NCBI GenBank assembly: GCA_024137785.1
Contig: JAHRHZ010000016.1
Span: 33,879,339-33,943,338 of the forward strand
Direction: 5' to 3'
DNA: 64,000 nt
From: Ginglymostoma cirratum
Lineage: Eukaryota
A model generated the notes under the pieces. It was not told the DNA's origin. It saw nothing but the letters and a program-made list of their open reading frames with translations, and did no database searches. The number at the start of each line of letters is the position of its first letter. Within the stretch, counting starts at the first letter, position 1. Of the stretch, positions 37,607-48,974 are shown piece after piece. The position numbers and the translations under genes were made by a program.

Positions 37607-37715
37607 GTAAACCTGCGCCTTATTCTAGTTAGTGGGAAGACGCAAGAGTTTATGTTTTCACCGAATGATTCTGCTGCAGATATTGCCAAATATGTTTATG
37701 AAAACTGGCCCATGG
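37607..37715 (+). CDS. UBL3: UBL3-family exon 2
   Basis: ctacAG|VNLRLILVSGKTQEFMFSPNDSAADIAKYVYENWPM(D)|GTAAGT; 109 nt. Confidence 0.95.
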
Positions 37716-38339
37716 GTAAGTGTTCTAGGTATTTGTGATAATGTATGTATTAAATTTCCAGGGAACACATTTCACAGGATGTTGGATCTAACTTGGAATG
37801 AAATCGTGAACCATGGGAGCAAAACTAGGAACATCAGATAATTTGTTACTTTGAAATAACTTGTTGCTTTTTAAATGCAGTTTTTTTTTTTTTTTTTGTT
37901 CAGAATTTTGATTTTTATCTTTTCAGGCTAAGCAACCAAACTGAAGGGACAATGTTGAAAGCCAAGGTTACAACTAATTAATTGGCGGGGCTGGGAGGCA
38001 AAATTCAGAAGATGCTGGTTTGATGATATTTGAATTTCACAAAAGAAAAGGCTAAACCTAGTAGATTAAAGATCTCATTATTCTGAGATTCTAAAGAAGA
38101 GAGAGGGAAGTGTTAAATGTGTCATTAATTCAAGAGAATGTAGCGAGGTGAGAATGTAGACTGATGTATTTCAAGCTTAAGAGGTAGAAATTTACAGATT
38201 TTGAGAGAAACCCTGAATATAACCACAAATATCCTGGTGCAAGAATCTCATTGAAAGATTAGTTTCAATTTATTCACTTTACAGAAATTTATAAAATGTT
38301 AGAAATTCTATTCCATTTTTAATAATGATTTTAAGACTC

Positions 38340-39390
38340 CTTTTCAGGAAGCTAATAGAATGTTATCATTTATAGTGAAGGAAATTTAATGCGAAGGTCG
38401 GGAGGTTATGTTTCAGCTATAAAAGGCCGATGAAAGACCACATCTGGAGCGTTGTGTATGGTATTGGTTTCATTATATAAGAAATTATGTTAATACTTTG
38501 GAAGCAATTTATAGAGAGTTTACAAGATTAATACCCAGAATAGTAGTCTTGTGAAGAAAGCTTAGATAGCCAAGGCTCATCTAAAGTTTAAAGTCAGAAT
38601 TGACTTGTTTGAAACATTTAAAATCCTGAATGTCTTGACAGAGTAGAATGGAGAGGATATTTTGAATAGATAAGGCAAAATGTTTTCTGAAGATTTAGTC
38701 TTTGGAACTTTAATCCTTTAAAATATGATAGAAGCAGAGGCTTTGAATATTGTTAAGGTAGAAGAATAAAGATCCTTATCAAGCAAGGGAGTGGTTATAG
38801 GGGATAGTTGGGAATGTATGTATGTCCCCTAATTCAAAATTTCCCCCACTAGTGGAAACCTCTTCTCAGCATTTACCCTGTCTAACCTCCTCAGAATCTT
38901 GTACGTTTCAATAAGATCACTACCTCTTAATCTTCTGAACTCTAATAAGGGCCTGACCTGTTTAGCTGTTCTTGATAAGTCAGCCCCTTCATCTCCAGCA
39001 TCAGCCTAGTAGTAAAAGAGCACTTAAAACTGCAGATGCTGGAAATCAAAGGCAGAAAACAAAAGCAGAAATTGCTGGAAAAACTCAGCAGGTCTGGCAG
39101 CATCTGTGGAGAGAAAGCAGAGTTAATGTTTTGGGTCTGTTCTGAAAAAGGGTCAATTGGACCCACAATGTCTGCTTTCTTTTCGTAAATGTTGTCGGAT
39201 CTGCTGAATTTTTCAGCAGTTTCTGCTTTTGTTTCTGACCAGCCTAATAAATATTTTTTGAACTGCTTCCAATGCTAGTACATCTTTTCTTAAAACCAGG
39301 GATCAAAGCTGTACACTGTACACCAGGTGCTGTCTCAACAATACTCTGCAGTTATAACATAATTTTCCTATTTATAAACCCCAACCTCAA
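38340..39390. mobile_element. Old CR1 fragments (both orientations) with a nested Penelope palindrome at 39012-39239
   Basis: CR1-like RPHLE..WxPY and RFTRLIP remnants. Inverted arms aaaagcagaaattgctggaaaa / ttttcagcagtttctgcttttg, flanked by cagcctagta and cagcctaata. Confidence 0.6.
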
Positions 39391-39404
39391 CAGATGTTAT
39401 TAGC

Positions 39405-39730
39405 TGGGGACACTGGCTAGATTATTAATCCTGAAACTCAGCAAATGTTCTGGGGATCCAGGTTTGTATTTCACAATGGTAGAGCGTGGAATTTGCATTC
39501 AATTAAAATATCTACAATTAAAAATCTACTGATTTTAAAAACCATTGTCGATAGTCAGAAAACACATCTGGCTCACTAATGTCCTTCTGGGAGGGAAATA
39601 AGCCATCCTCAGCTGGTCTGACTGATATGTGACTCCAGATCCACAGCAATGTGATTGACTCGACTGGCCAATTTAGGGATGAGCAATGAATGCTGGCCCA
39701 GCCAATGACACCCACATTCTGTGAATGAAT
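39405..39730 (+). mobile_element. tRNA-derived SINE with LINE-shared 3' tail
   Basis: Homologous, in inverted orientation, to 40432-40750; 3' end tagggatgagcaatgaatgctggcccagcc..atgaat is shared with the LINE tails. Confidence 0.7.
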
Positions 39731-40182
39731 TTTGAAAGTAGGTCTGGAAATCTAAACCATCTTAATCTAAGGGCGAGAGGGTTTGTAGAAGTATGTCTTG
39801 CCGATAATGATCGTGCTTGTGAAATTGAGATGAAAGCTCTGCTAATATAGGATTCTTGCTTTGCTGTCAATGAACGTGGAACAGCATATTCCGGAACTCT
39901 GTAGCTATGTAGTTCCACAAGTCTGCAGTAATGTGGGTAGTTGTGTAAGGGGTTTCTGTATTTACTATTTTTAAAGTGAAATTTATTTTAATTGAAGTAT
40001 TATTTGCCTGTTAATTCCTGTTTACACAACTCCAGCCCAATAATTAAAGCAAGACTTAAGGGTGAAACTTTGTTGACAGCATTGTCATTTTAGGTGGGAT
40101 GTTCTGTAAATTTTGGTTATGGTTTTCCCATAGGGATCTCAACAAAGGCAAAATGTGGACTGATTCTTCAGAGCCCATTCTT

Positions 40183-40238
40183 TGTGTGTGTGTGTGTGCA
40201 TGCGTGCGCGTGTGTGTGTGTGGGGTGGGGGGGGGGGG
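40183..40238. repeat. (TG)n/(CG)n microsatellite followed by a G-run
   Basis: tgtgtgtg...tgcgtgcgcg tgtgtgtgtg tggggtgggggggggggg. Confidence 0.9.
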
Positions 40239-40431
40239 TTCGTGGTGGTGAAGAGAAAAGTGTGGTAGAGCATTGTTGGGAAGAAACAGCCAAACTCAAT
40301 TTTGAGTCCTACCTCTTTGGTCAGCATGTAATTAATACCCAGGGTCATTACAAAGTGATTTAAGAAGTAATCAAACTTGGGATCTTCCTATATCCATGGC
40401 TGACAATTGTACTGAATAATCAGAAGGCTTT

Positions 40432-40750
40432 TTCTTTCATATTCGTTTATAGGATGAGGGCATTGCTGGTTAGGCCAGTATTTATTGCCCAGAGGATAGT
40501 CAAGAGTCAACCACATTGCTGTGAGTCTGGAATCACATGTAGGCCAAACCAGGTAAAGATAGCAGTTTGCCTTCCTAAAGGACATTAGTGAACCAGATGG
40601 GTTTTTCTGACAATCGACAATGGATTCATGGCATTAATTAGACTCTTACTTCCAGATTTTTATTGAATTCAATTTCCACCATCTACAATGATGGGATTCA
40701 AACCTGGGTCTCTGGATTAACAGTCCAGCAATAATACCACTAGGCCATTG
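40432..40750 (-). mobile_element. tRNA-derived SINE (reverse orientation)
   Basis: Minus strand reads ...gacccaggtttgaatcccatc (B box)...ctggttcactaatgtcctttagg...gggcaataaatactggcc. Confidence 0.75.
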
Positions 40751-41139
40751 CCTATCCTATCATTTTACAAAAACATACTGCTCAACCATTTTTATGCCAC
40801 CTCTCCTCGTTGACCACCACGCCTTTTTCTTCCCACCCTTTGTGCTTTAAAAATTAAAGTAAAATCATTCCTCCAACTGAGTTGTTTGACAAATCTTTTT
40901 CCTTTCTGATGATATTCATTTTCCCCCTCCCTGTTTCCCTGTTGTGAAAATTTGAGCCAGATTTCTTTGAAACTGTGGAGAAAGTTTTTTTTTGTGCTTG
41001 CCCTGATTTTTACTTAAAGCAATGTTTTGGATTTTTGTTGGTATTGCTGTCCATTTTCAAATGCTCCAGTGTTAAATATTGGATGCAGTATTGTATTTGG
41101 ACAGCATACTTTTTGAGATGTTTATTTTTCAATTTGCAG

Positions 41140-41226
41140 ACTGGGATGAAGAACAGGTCAGTAGCCCCAGCATTCTCCGACTCATTTACCAAGGAAGGTT
41201 TTTACATGGAAATGTTACCTTAGGGG
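41140..41226 (+). CDS. UBL3: UBL3-family exon 3
   Basis: ttgcAG|(D)WDEEQVSSPSILRLIYQGRFLHGNVTLG|GTAAGT; 87 nt. Confidence 0.95.
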
Positions 41227-42336
41227 GTAAGTTGGCAAACTTTGTTGAATACTTTACCCAAACTTTCCAAAATCTTTTCATTTCTAATGTGTTGCTCCAG
41301 CATTGATTTTAATAGAAATCGTAAATATAACCTCTATGCTTCCTGCAACTTAGTCTCCGAAAGTGGATGATCAAACACTGAAAGGCCTAATGTATGTTTA
41401 CTGTATATTCTCTCTCTTTGAGTATGTTAATCAACACCTTGTGTTCTCATTTAATCATGGTTGATTTGTACCTCAGTTACTTTATCTGCCTTTTATTACT
41501 GATAAATTTATTTGACAAAAGCTATCAATCTCAAGTTTCAGTTGATCTAACATCCACAGTCTTTTGGAGGATGGGAATACTATACTTCTACTGCCTTTGT
41601 GTGCAGAATCTTTTTTGATTTCGCTCCTGAATGGCCTGGCTCTAATTTTAAAATTGTATTCTGTTTTTCCCACAAGAGGAAATACTCTTTCTGCATCTAT
41701 GCTACAAGTACTTTTTAACTTAGTGCTTTGATCACAGTTGGTCTTTTAGACCCCTGGAAATGCAAGAAAACTGTATGCAAATGATTTTATTTCATAAGCC
41801 TGGCTATTGTTCTGATGAATTTGTATCGTACCTACCATAAAGCTCTATACAACTGTATCTCAGCCCTCTTGAGGTACTGACCAAAAGTCTATTAAACTTA
41901 TATGATTGCTTTTCATCTAATTGACTTTAGTGATTTGTGTATGCAAATTTTGAATGAGTTTGCTTCTCCACAGTTCCTAATTTTGCATCAATTGGATAAA
42001 TACTGTAAACACAAGAAAGGGGAAAGAAAGCAAATTGGATGACCTTGCCCTGTGTCCAAATTTTACTTATGTCTGTATGTAACTTCTGATTTCTATCCAT
42101 ACAAGTTCAGTATATTCTCACCTCCTCCAAATAATTGATAAATATGATGATGAGAAGCTAAGACTTTCAGTGCAGATCCCTGGAGAGCATTACTTGTCTC
42201 ATCTCCAGAATCAGAGTGCATATCCCTTTATCCTACTGAAATACTACCTTCCCACTAATTTTGCGAGATTGCCTTTGGTTTTGTGCATGTCTGTTATGCT
42301 AATATATTCTGAAAACGTATGTCCTGTCTTTCAAAG

Positions 42337-42414
42337 CTCTGAAGCTTCCTCCTGGAAGAATGACAGTGATGCACTTAGTTGCCAGAGAGACGTTGCCAGA
42401 ACCCAACTCCCAAG
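42337..42414 (+). CDS. UBL3: UBL3-family exon 4
   Basis: AAG acceptor|(A)LKLPPGRMTVMHLVARETLPEPNSQ|GTGAGG; 78 nt. Confidence 0.93.
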
Positions 42415-43622
42415 GTGAGGCTGAGTCATGCAATGTGTGTACTCAGAGCTAACATTATTGAAGTGGTTACGTACTTCACACTTTTTTCACAGTAGAATAG
42501 TAATTGGCAATGATAATATAAATTCTTTATTTCTTAATTTTTGTTTATCTGAAAGCAGAATTCCTGTTGAGGTATGATTCCAGGATACCAACAAATGTCT
42601 GGTAAATGATTCAAATAATTATTCTTTACGTGTAAGCCTCATCTACAAGATTCACAGGTTGCTGAACCATGGAGAGTATTACGTTGAAGTTATAATCTGT
42701 TGTTGCTCAGTGCCCACACTTGTGTCCTTGCCAAATGTGATCATTAGATTAGAAGTACTAGAAATCCTAACTGACTGTCTGCTTCAAGCCATTTATAACA
42801 GTTGTCCTACTTTGGCATTTGCACCTGGATTTCCAGGTCAGACTAGCTCAGTGTTAACTAGGCACTTAGCTCCCAGCAAACTCTTTCATTTTTAAGGGAA
42901 AAATATCATTTAACTTTCACATAGTGTGTCTCTATGGGGATTTGGGAAGGTTAATAATATTTGAGGAGAGGAAGTTATTGTGTGGTCAGTTGGCCTAGCT
43001 GAAGTATTATATCAGGATTGGCAGAAATAGAGAATTTTAGCAAAGGCAAAATCTACTTAGCTGCTAGTCTTGATGTTCTTCTGTGTCTTGAAATGACTGT
43101 ACTGCTTTGGCCAAAAAAGTTAGTTAATACAAAATATAAAGAATATCAGATCAGCCGTGATCCTATTGAATGGTGGCGCAAGCTCAAAGGGCCATATGCC
43201 CTACTCCTGTTCCCATTTCACATGGTCTTATAGTCTTAATGACTTTTTCTCCCCCATGTTGTCATGTCTGTCCCCTCCTGTTTCATTTCTATCTCCATAT
43301 TTCCTAACATCTAGGCTTAATTTGGGTTTTTATTTGCTGAAGTTACATTCTGATTGGATATGTCATAGGCATGTTAGGACAGATTAAAAATCTGCAAGTT
43401 AAGACTAGCAGTTCACTGTTGCACTTGACATTTACCCGGTTAAACTATTGAGACCGATGCAAGGGTAAAAGAAAAGTGAAGAAGTTTTAATGTCCTTTGT
43501 ATTATCCTGCAAAACATTATCTAGCCAAATAGGTTCTTAGAAAAACTGTTGTTTATTGTTTTAGTCACCTTTTCTGTTTTTGTTACAGATTGTCTGTCTG
43601 TTTGTGTTTTGTTTTTGTTTAG

Positions 43623-43675
43623 GTCAAAGAAATCGGGAGAAGACAGGTGAAAGCAATTGCTGCGTGATATTGTGA
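43623..43675 (+). CDS. UBL3: UBL3-family exon 5 with CaaX motif
   Basis: ttgtttAG|(G)QRNREKTGESNCCVIL*; total CDS 24+109+87+78+53 = 351 nt = 116 aa plus stop. Confidence 0.95.
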
Positions 43676-44950
43676 GACCTGCTTCCCTTTATGACACAGC
43701 TACAAATCAAAAGAAAATCTTTTTTCTATATAGCATTTGCAAGCATTATCTCAATCCTCCTGTAAAACAGATTGGGATGTAACTGACTGGCAAGTTGTCA
43801 CTTACTAACTTGAGAGTATTCTTCATCAATGCATAAAATTCTACTGTGGTATTACACACAGGATTTGTATCCTGCCAAGGCAGAACAGTCTAGGAAGAAC
43901 TTATCTACTCCTATAGAAAGTAAAGGAGTGCTCCCGTTACACAGAAGCAGCGGTTACATTGGAGCCAAATCTTTCCATTGTAATTTTTATTTTCTAATAA
44001 TTTTTTTATTTTTTCTAAGCTATAGTTTGGATATTTACAATTTTATTCCCTTCCATTTTGGAAGCATTAATCTCTTGTTGGACACAGCTCCATGTGTGTC
44101 AACCACTCTCTGGTGCCTTGTCCTAGAGACTTCCTCGTGTGTGTCTTGACACTATGTATCAACGGGCTATTTGACCATTGGGGCATCACAGCTGAGCCTG
44201 ATCATGTTATAACCTGATGTCTGGTCAAGCACTTTATAAACAGCATCACTAATGATATTTAAGGTAACCCTGGCTGCCAGTTTTCCCCTCCTTGATTCAG
44301 ACACACTGAGGCGGCTTTTGGCTGCTTTAAGTAAAATCTCTAACAAATCTAAGTATAAATCATAATGATGTCTCCCAACCTTTTTAAAGTGGAAGGTAGA
44401 CATTTTAACTTTCTGCAATAGTAACCTTGGTTGGGGAATATGGGATACCCTTGCTGTTATGTTTAGCTGTGGTGAAAGTATCCATTAACAGACATTTTCA
44501 CTTGTTTCAGCATGTCCTTTTTAATATTGGGTCCTTTGTATAAAAAAAAANNNNNNNNNNNNNNNNNNNNNNNNNNNNNNNNNNNNNNNNNNNNNNNNNN
44601 NNNNNNNNNNNNNNNNNNNNNNNNNNNNNNNNNNNNNNNNNNNNNNNNNNNNNNNNNNNNNNNNNNNNNNNNNNNNNNNNNNNNNNNNNNNNNNNNNNNN
44701 NNNNNNNNNNNNNNNNNNNNNNNNNNNNNNNNNNNNNNNNNNNNNNNNNNNNNNNNNNNNNNNNNNNNNNNNNNNNNNNNNNNNNNNNNNNNNNNNNNNN
44801 NNNNNNNNNNNNNNNNNNNNNNNNNNNNNNNNNNNNNNNNNNNNNNNNNNNNNNNNNNNNNNNNNNNNNNNNNNNNNNNNNNNNNNNNNNNNNNNNNNNN
44901 NNNNNNNNNNNNNNNNNNNNNNNNNNNNNNNNNNNNNNNNNNNNNNNNNN

Positions 44951-45102
44951 TAGGAGCAGGAAAACTTGACGTTTCGGGCCTAGACCCTTAGGCCCGAAAC
45001 ATCAAGTTTTCCTGCTCCTACGATGCTGCTTGACCTGCGGTGTTCATCCAGCCCCAAGCTTGTTATCTCGGATTCTCCAGCATCTGTAGTACCTTTTATC
45101 TC
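44951..45102. mobile_element. Penelope-derived palindrome abutting the second gap (44551-44950), probably in the UBL3 3'UTR
   Basis: taggagcaggaaaacttgacgtttcgggccta mirrors taggcccgaaacatcaagttttcctgctccta; the right arm continues to ...gtaccttttatctc. Confidence 0.8.
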
Positions 45103-46825
45103 TAATATACTAGTGATGTCTGGTAATCGGTAGAAAACTTCAATGGAATCTTTTCCCTCTAGAGGGAAATGTGCAGTAGGTACATGGGAATCCTGTCACT
45201 TGAGTTTTCTTTCAATTCCCATCATGTCATGACTTCGACTCAGTGATGAAGGATTGGTGATAACTGAAGTACTGGAACATTCTCTCTGTAACAGAGGTTA
45301 CCTTCACTGCATGGTCTGCAACTGTTTAAGGTGACGATTCATCAACAAATTCTTCAAGGGCAGTAGGAATGGGCAATAATGCAGGCCTTGGCAACACCCA
45401 TACCCCATGCAAAATTAATAACTGCATTGCTGTAACTAGACCCTATTCTAATTTTTAAAAAATGGTTTTAAACCAATGTCTGTAAATAAGAATGATAGAT
45501 CTGACTGTCATCCTAGCTGCTGAATAAGTTGTCTACAAATGCAGAAATATTTACAAGTGGGTGATCCATTTTACATGAAAGAGAAGGTGAGTACCTCATT
45601 TTGGGGAAGTGATTTAAATTACCTGCTTGTATTTGCTGCTGCAGCTAATTTGTAATCTTTGCTAACCTGATTCCATATTTAAAGTTCCACCAGTAGTTTT
45701 GTTGGTATCTGTGATCAAATCCTTCCCCAGATGGAGTCTTGCTATTCATAATGGAAGCAGTCAACCTGAGTATTTTTTTAAAAATATCCTTATTTCCCCA
45801 CTTCCCTTCCGCATCTTGTCACCAAACCCACCCATTTACGTGATGGTTGCTTCAATTTTAATTTGAGCTTAATTTCAAAAATTCTTATACCACTTTGCAT
45901 CAATGGTAATGCAATCGAAACATTAATATTTGGTGTCAGTCTTAAAAGTATGTATTATGTGAGAAGCCTTTTCGCTTGATTGTGTAAATGTATCATTTTA
46001 AATTCAGTGCCTGAACTCATTTTGAAAAGAAGAGTTAGATATCCTGGAGTACTTTGCAGAGTTGGTTTTTTTTTTTTAAAACCCTAGCTCCATGTTCATA
46101 CGAATATGAAACAGAAACTGCTTCACACTAAATTTATAGTGGAACTGTATTCTGTCTAGATTGTCAACCTGCTTTTTTGTTTTGTAGCGCAATTTTTTTG
46201 TCTAAATGTAATTTATTTTTGTAAAGAATCACCTTAATGAATAAGGAAATGTCCATCTTTGAGTTACATAGGACAGTCAATTAGTATCTGGTTTTTATCC
46301 CCTTTCTAGATTGAATTAGCAGTTTTTACATTGGATGATAGAAAGTATACAATTTCTGATGCACTTTGCAGTGGTGTAAGTGGAAGTCTATTTTGGGATC
46401 TGATCTTGCCCATTATACTTGAGGCCCGAATTGTGAAGTCCGTGACCCATTCAGCTGGACTTTTTAACCAGAACCTTCTGAAGGCCATTCAGGATAGGTA
46501 TCTGACTTTGCCAGCAATGCCTGAATCCTGTGAATTCATGAAGTAGAAACTGTAAATGTTTGGAATCTGAAATTAAAAATATGCTGATAGGCACACTCCT
46601 TCAGAATCTGAGGAAAAAGCAAATTTTGGTTTTTTTTTTTGTTTGGATACCCTTGATCCAACTGGACTGTTATTGATAAATGTATATTCATTATCTATTA
46701 AATTTTAGGATTGTTTGTTCAGCATTGTTCCATCTGACTCTCAAAATAGATTGATCCAGTTAAATCATGCCATGGCTTTTTAAAAACAAGCTGCTTTGTT
46801 GATGGCAAACTCTGCAGCAGCAATT

Positions 46826-47008
46826 AATAAATAGAAAATAGGTCATAAGAGACAGATGGCTGCAACTTTGAACACTTTCCGGTAACAATGGTCTATGAAG
46901 TCTCAAAACTTGTTTCAGAAACTGATATGTTGAAGCTCTTTCCACTTTCTGCATCAGTAACTTTTAACTATAGAATGACTGTAGGGGAAAGAACTATTGT
47001 ATAATAAA
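46826..47008 (+). terminator. Candidate UBL3 polyadenylation signals
   Basis: AATAAA at 46826-46831 and 47003-47008 after an AT-rich, largely repeat-free stretch. None noticed in 43676-44550, but the gap hides 400 nt. Confidence 0.35.
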
Positions 47009-48974
47009 CTAAATCATGAATAATGTATGGCTTTTAACAATTATGATCTAAATTAACAGGTGTACAGGAATGTGTTCTTCTGTAGATGAGTTGGTTATGC
47101 CTGCTATTTAAAAAAACTTATTCAAACATTTGAATTTGCTTAAATGTATGAAAAATTTAAAGAAATAATAACCAGTGTAAAACGTGTAGTGAAGATTCTT
47201 TAAATTGTGTGTACCTATATTGTGTTGTATGCTGACACTCCAACCTTCTGGTTTCAGACATGCTGCTGCGCAAACTTGCATAATTGAGTGAATCAACTTT
47301 TATTTTCTCCTCTACTAGATTTTGAATTTTAAGCCAATGAGCTCTATCCATTCAAAAATCATGATAGACATCAAAGCTGAGAATGATCAATCCTCACCAG
47401 TGTCCAATATGTGCAATTTCCAGTTTACCTGCAGTGTAAACTGCAGTTTGCTATTCTGTATCAGATATGATTAACTAATGGCAACATGTCAAACATGGCA
47501 CCAGTATGGTCTGTATGACTCAGCTTCTTATTGCTTTAATTAGCTGCCTTTTTTTTTCCCAGATCATTTTTATCATCATTCATTATCTGGCACTTTGTTC
47601 TCCCTTTTTAGTTACATTGTGTATATGAATAGTGCCCTTGAAGATAGCTTCAATTCCACATATGAACAGAGTGTGATGACAACTCGGATTGGATAAACAT
47701 TAAATGAGGCAAGAAAAGAAGCTATTATTGCAGTTCCTCGTTCTGGTTTGAACTCCCGCCAGTACATCCATAAGTGAATCTAAGTTGCTCCCCCCTTTTT
47801 TTTATTCTTTCTTTTTGTTATGTCATCATAGCAAGTGTATGAAAGCGCACAGTATTAATAGTGACCTAATTTAGGTCTAGTACAAGCTCAATGTTACCCC
47901 ATTCAAACTCTTCTCCTCTGTCCACCCCTATTCCACACCCACATCAAGGTTGAAAGTGCCTTCTCCTATATTTAAAAATGTAATAATTTCAGATGCACTT
48001 ATATATACATACCTTCCTTCCACATGTATTCTGGTGGCTGTTACCCAATTCAGCTGTTGAATTCAAAGTCTCACGATGACAGCGTCTACACTTTAAACTT
48101 CAAGGAAGTACAGTTCAGGGTTATATTTCTAGAATGAGTTATATTGAAGTTTTGTCTGCTTGCTCAGATGGATGTGAAAGGTTCAATAGTACTAATTGAA
48201 CATCAAGGATCTCTTCAAATCCCCTAACCGATGTTCCTTCTGTCAATCAACATTAAAGTGCTGTTTTTGATTCTGGCTTCCCAAGGAAACGTGACCCTAA
48301 AGCCACAGTAGTGGGAGAAAAAGAAACAAAACAAAAAATTTGCTACCTTACTATTTTCTAATATCCTTAACATTTGATTCAAAAATTCTACTCTAGTTGA
48401 AATCATACATGGCACATAAGATGTTTGAGGTTGTTGAAGACCATCTATCTTTGCTCTAGAATGTCTGTGTAGAAGTTCTTCCTCATAGTAGATATGCCCT
48501 GGAGTTGCTGTGACTTGAACCTGAGCCTTCTAGTGCAGAAGAAGAGATACAACCACTGTACTTACAAAGCTTTTGGTCCTTGGGCTGGATATTTTCTAAT
48601 CAAACTGGCCTGAGCTGTTATTGCACACCACCTAAAGCAGGTGCAGGTCTCCTTTCTGAGGTAGAAATCACCATTCTGGGCACTATCATTGTGCAGAAAT
48701 TGACTGGACTCAACATGTAAATATTGTGGCTACAAGAGCATATCAGAGGCTGGAAATGCTGCAGTGTGGGTAACTTGCCTCCTCCCTCTGCTCGGCCTGT
48801 CTAAGATTCATGAAGTCCAACTCGGGCATATAATTGAATAACCCCCACATGCTTGAATGACTATAGCTCCAACAACACTGAAGAAGCTTGACACCAAACC
48901 AGGGCAAAGCAATCTGCTTGATTGGTACCACATTCACTCTCCATAACTAACATTCTGTAGCAGCAATAAGTACT

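Noticed and set aside
40183-40238. Z-DNA/G-quadruplex potential
   Set aside because: Common intronic microsatellite with no sign of specific function.
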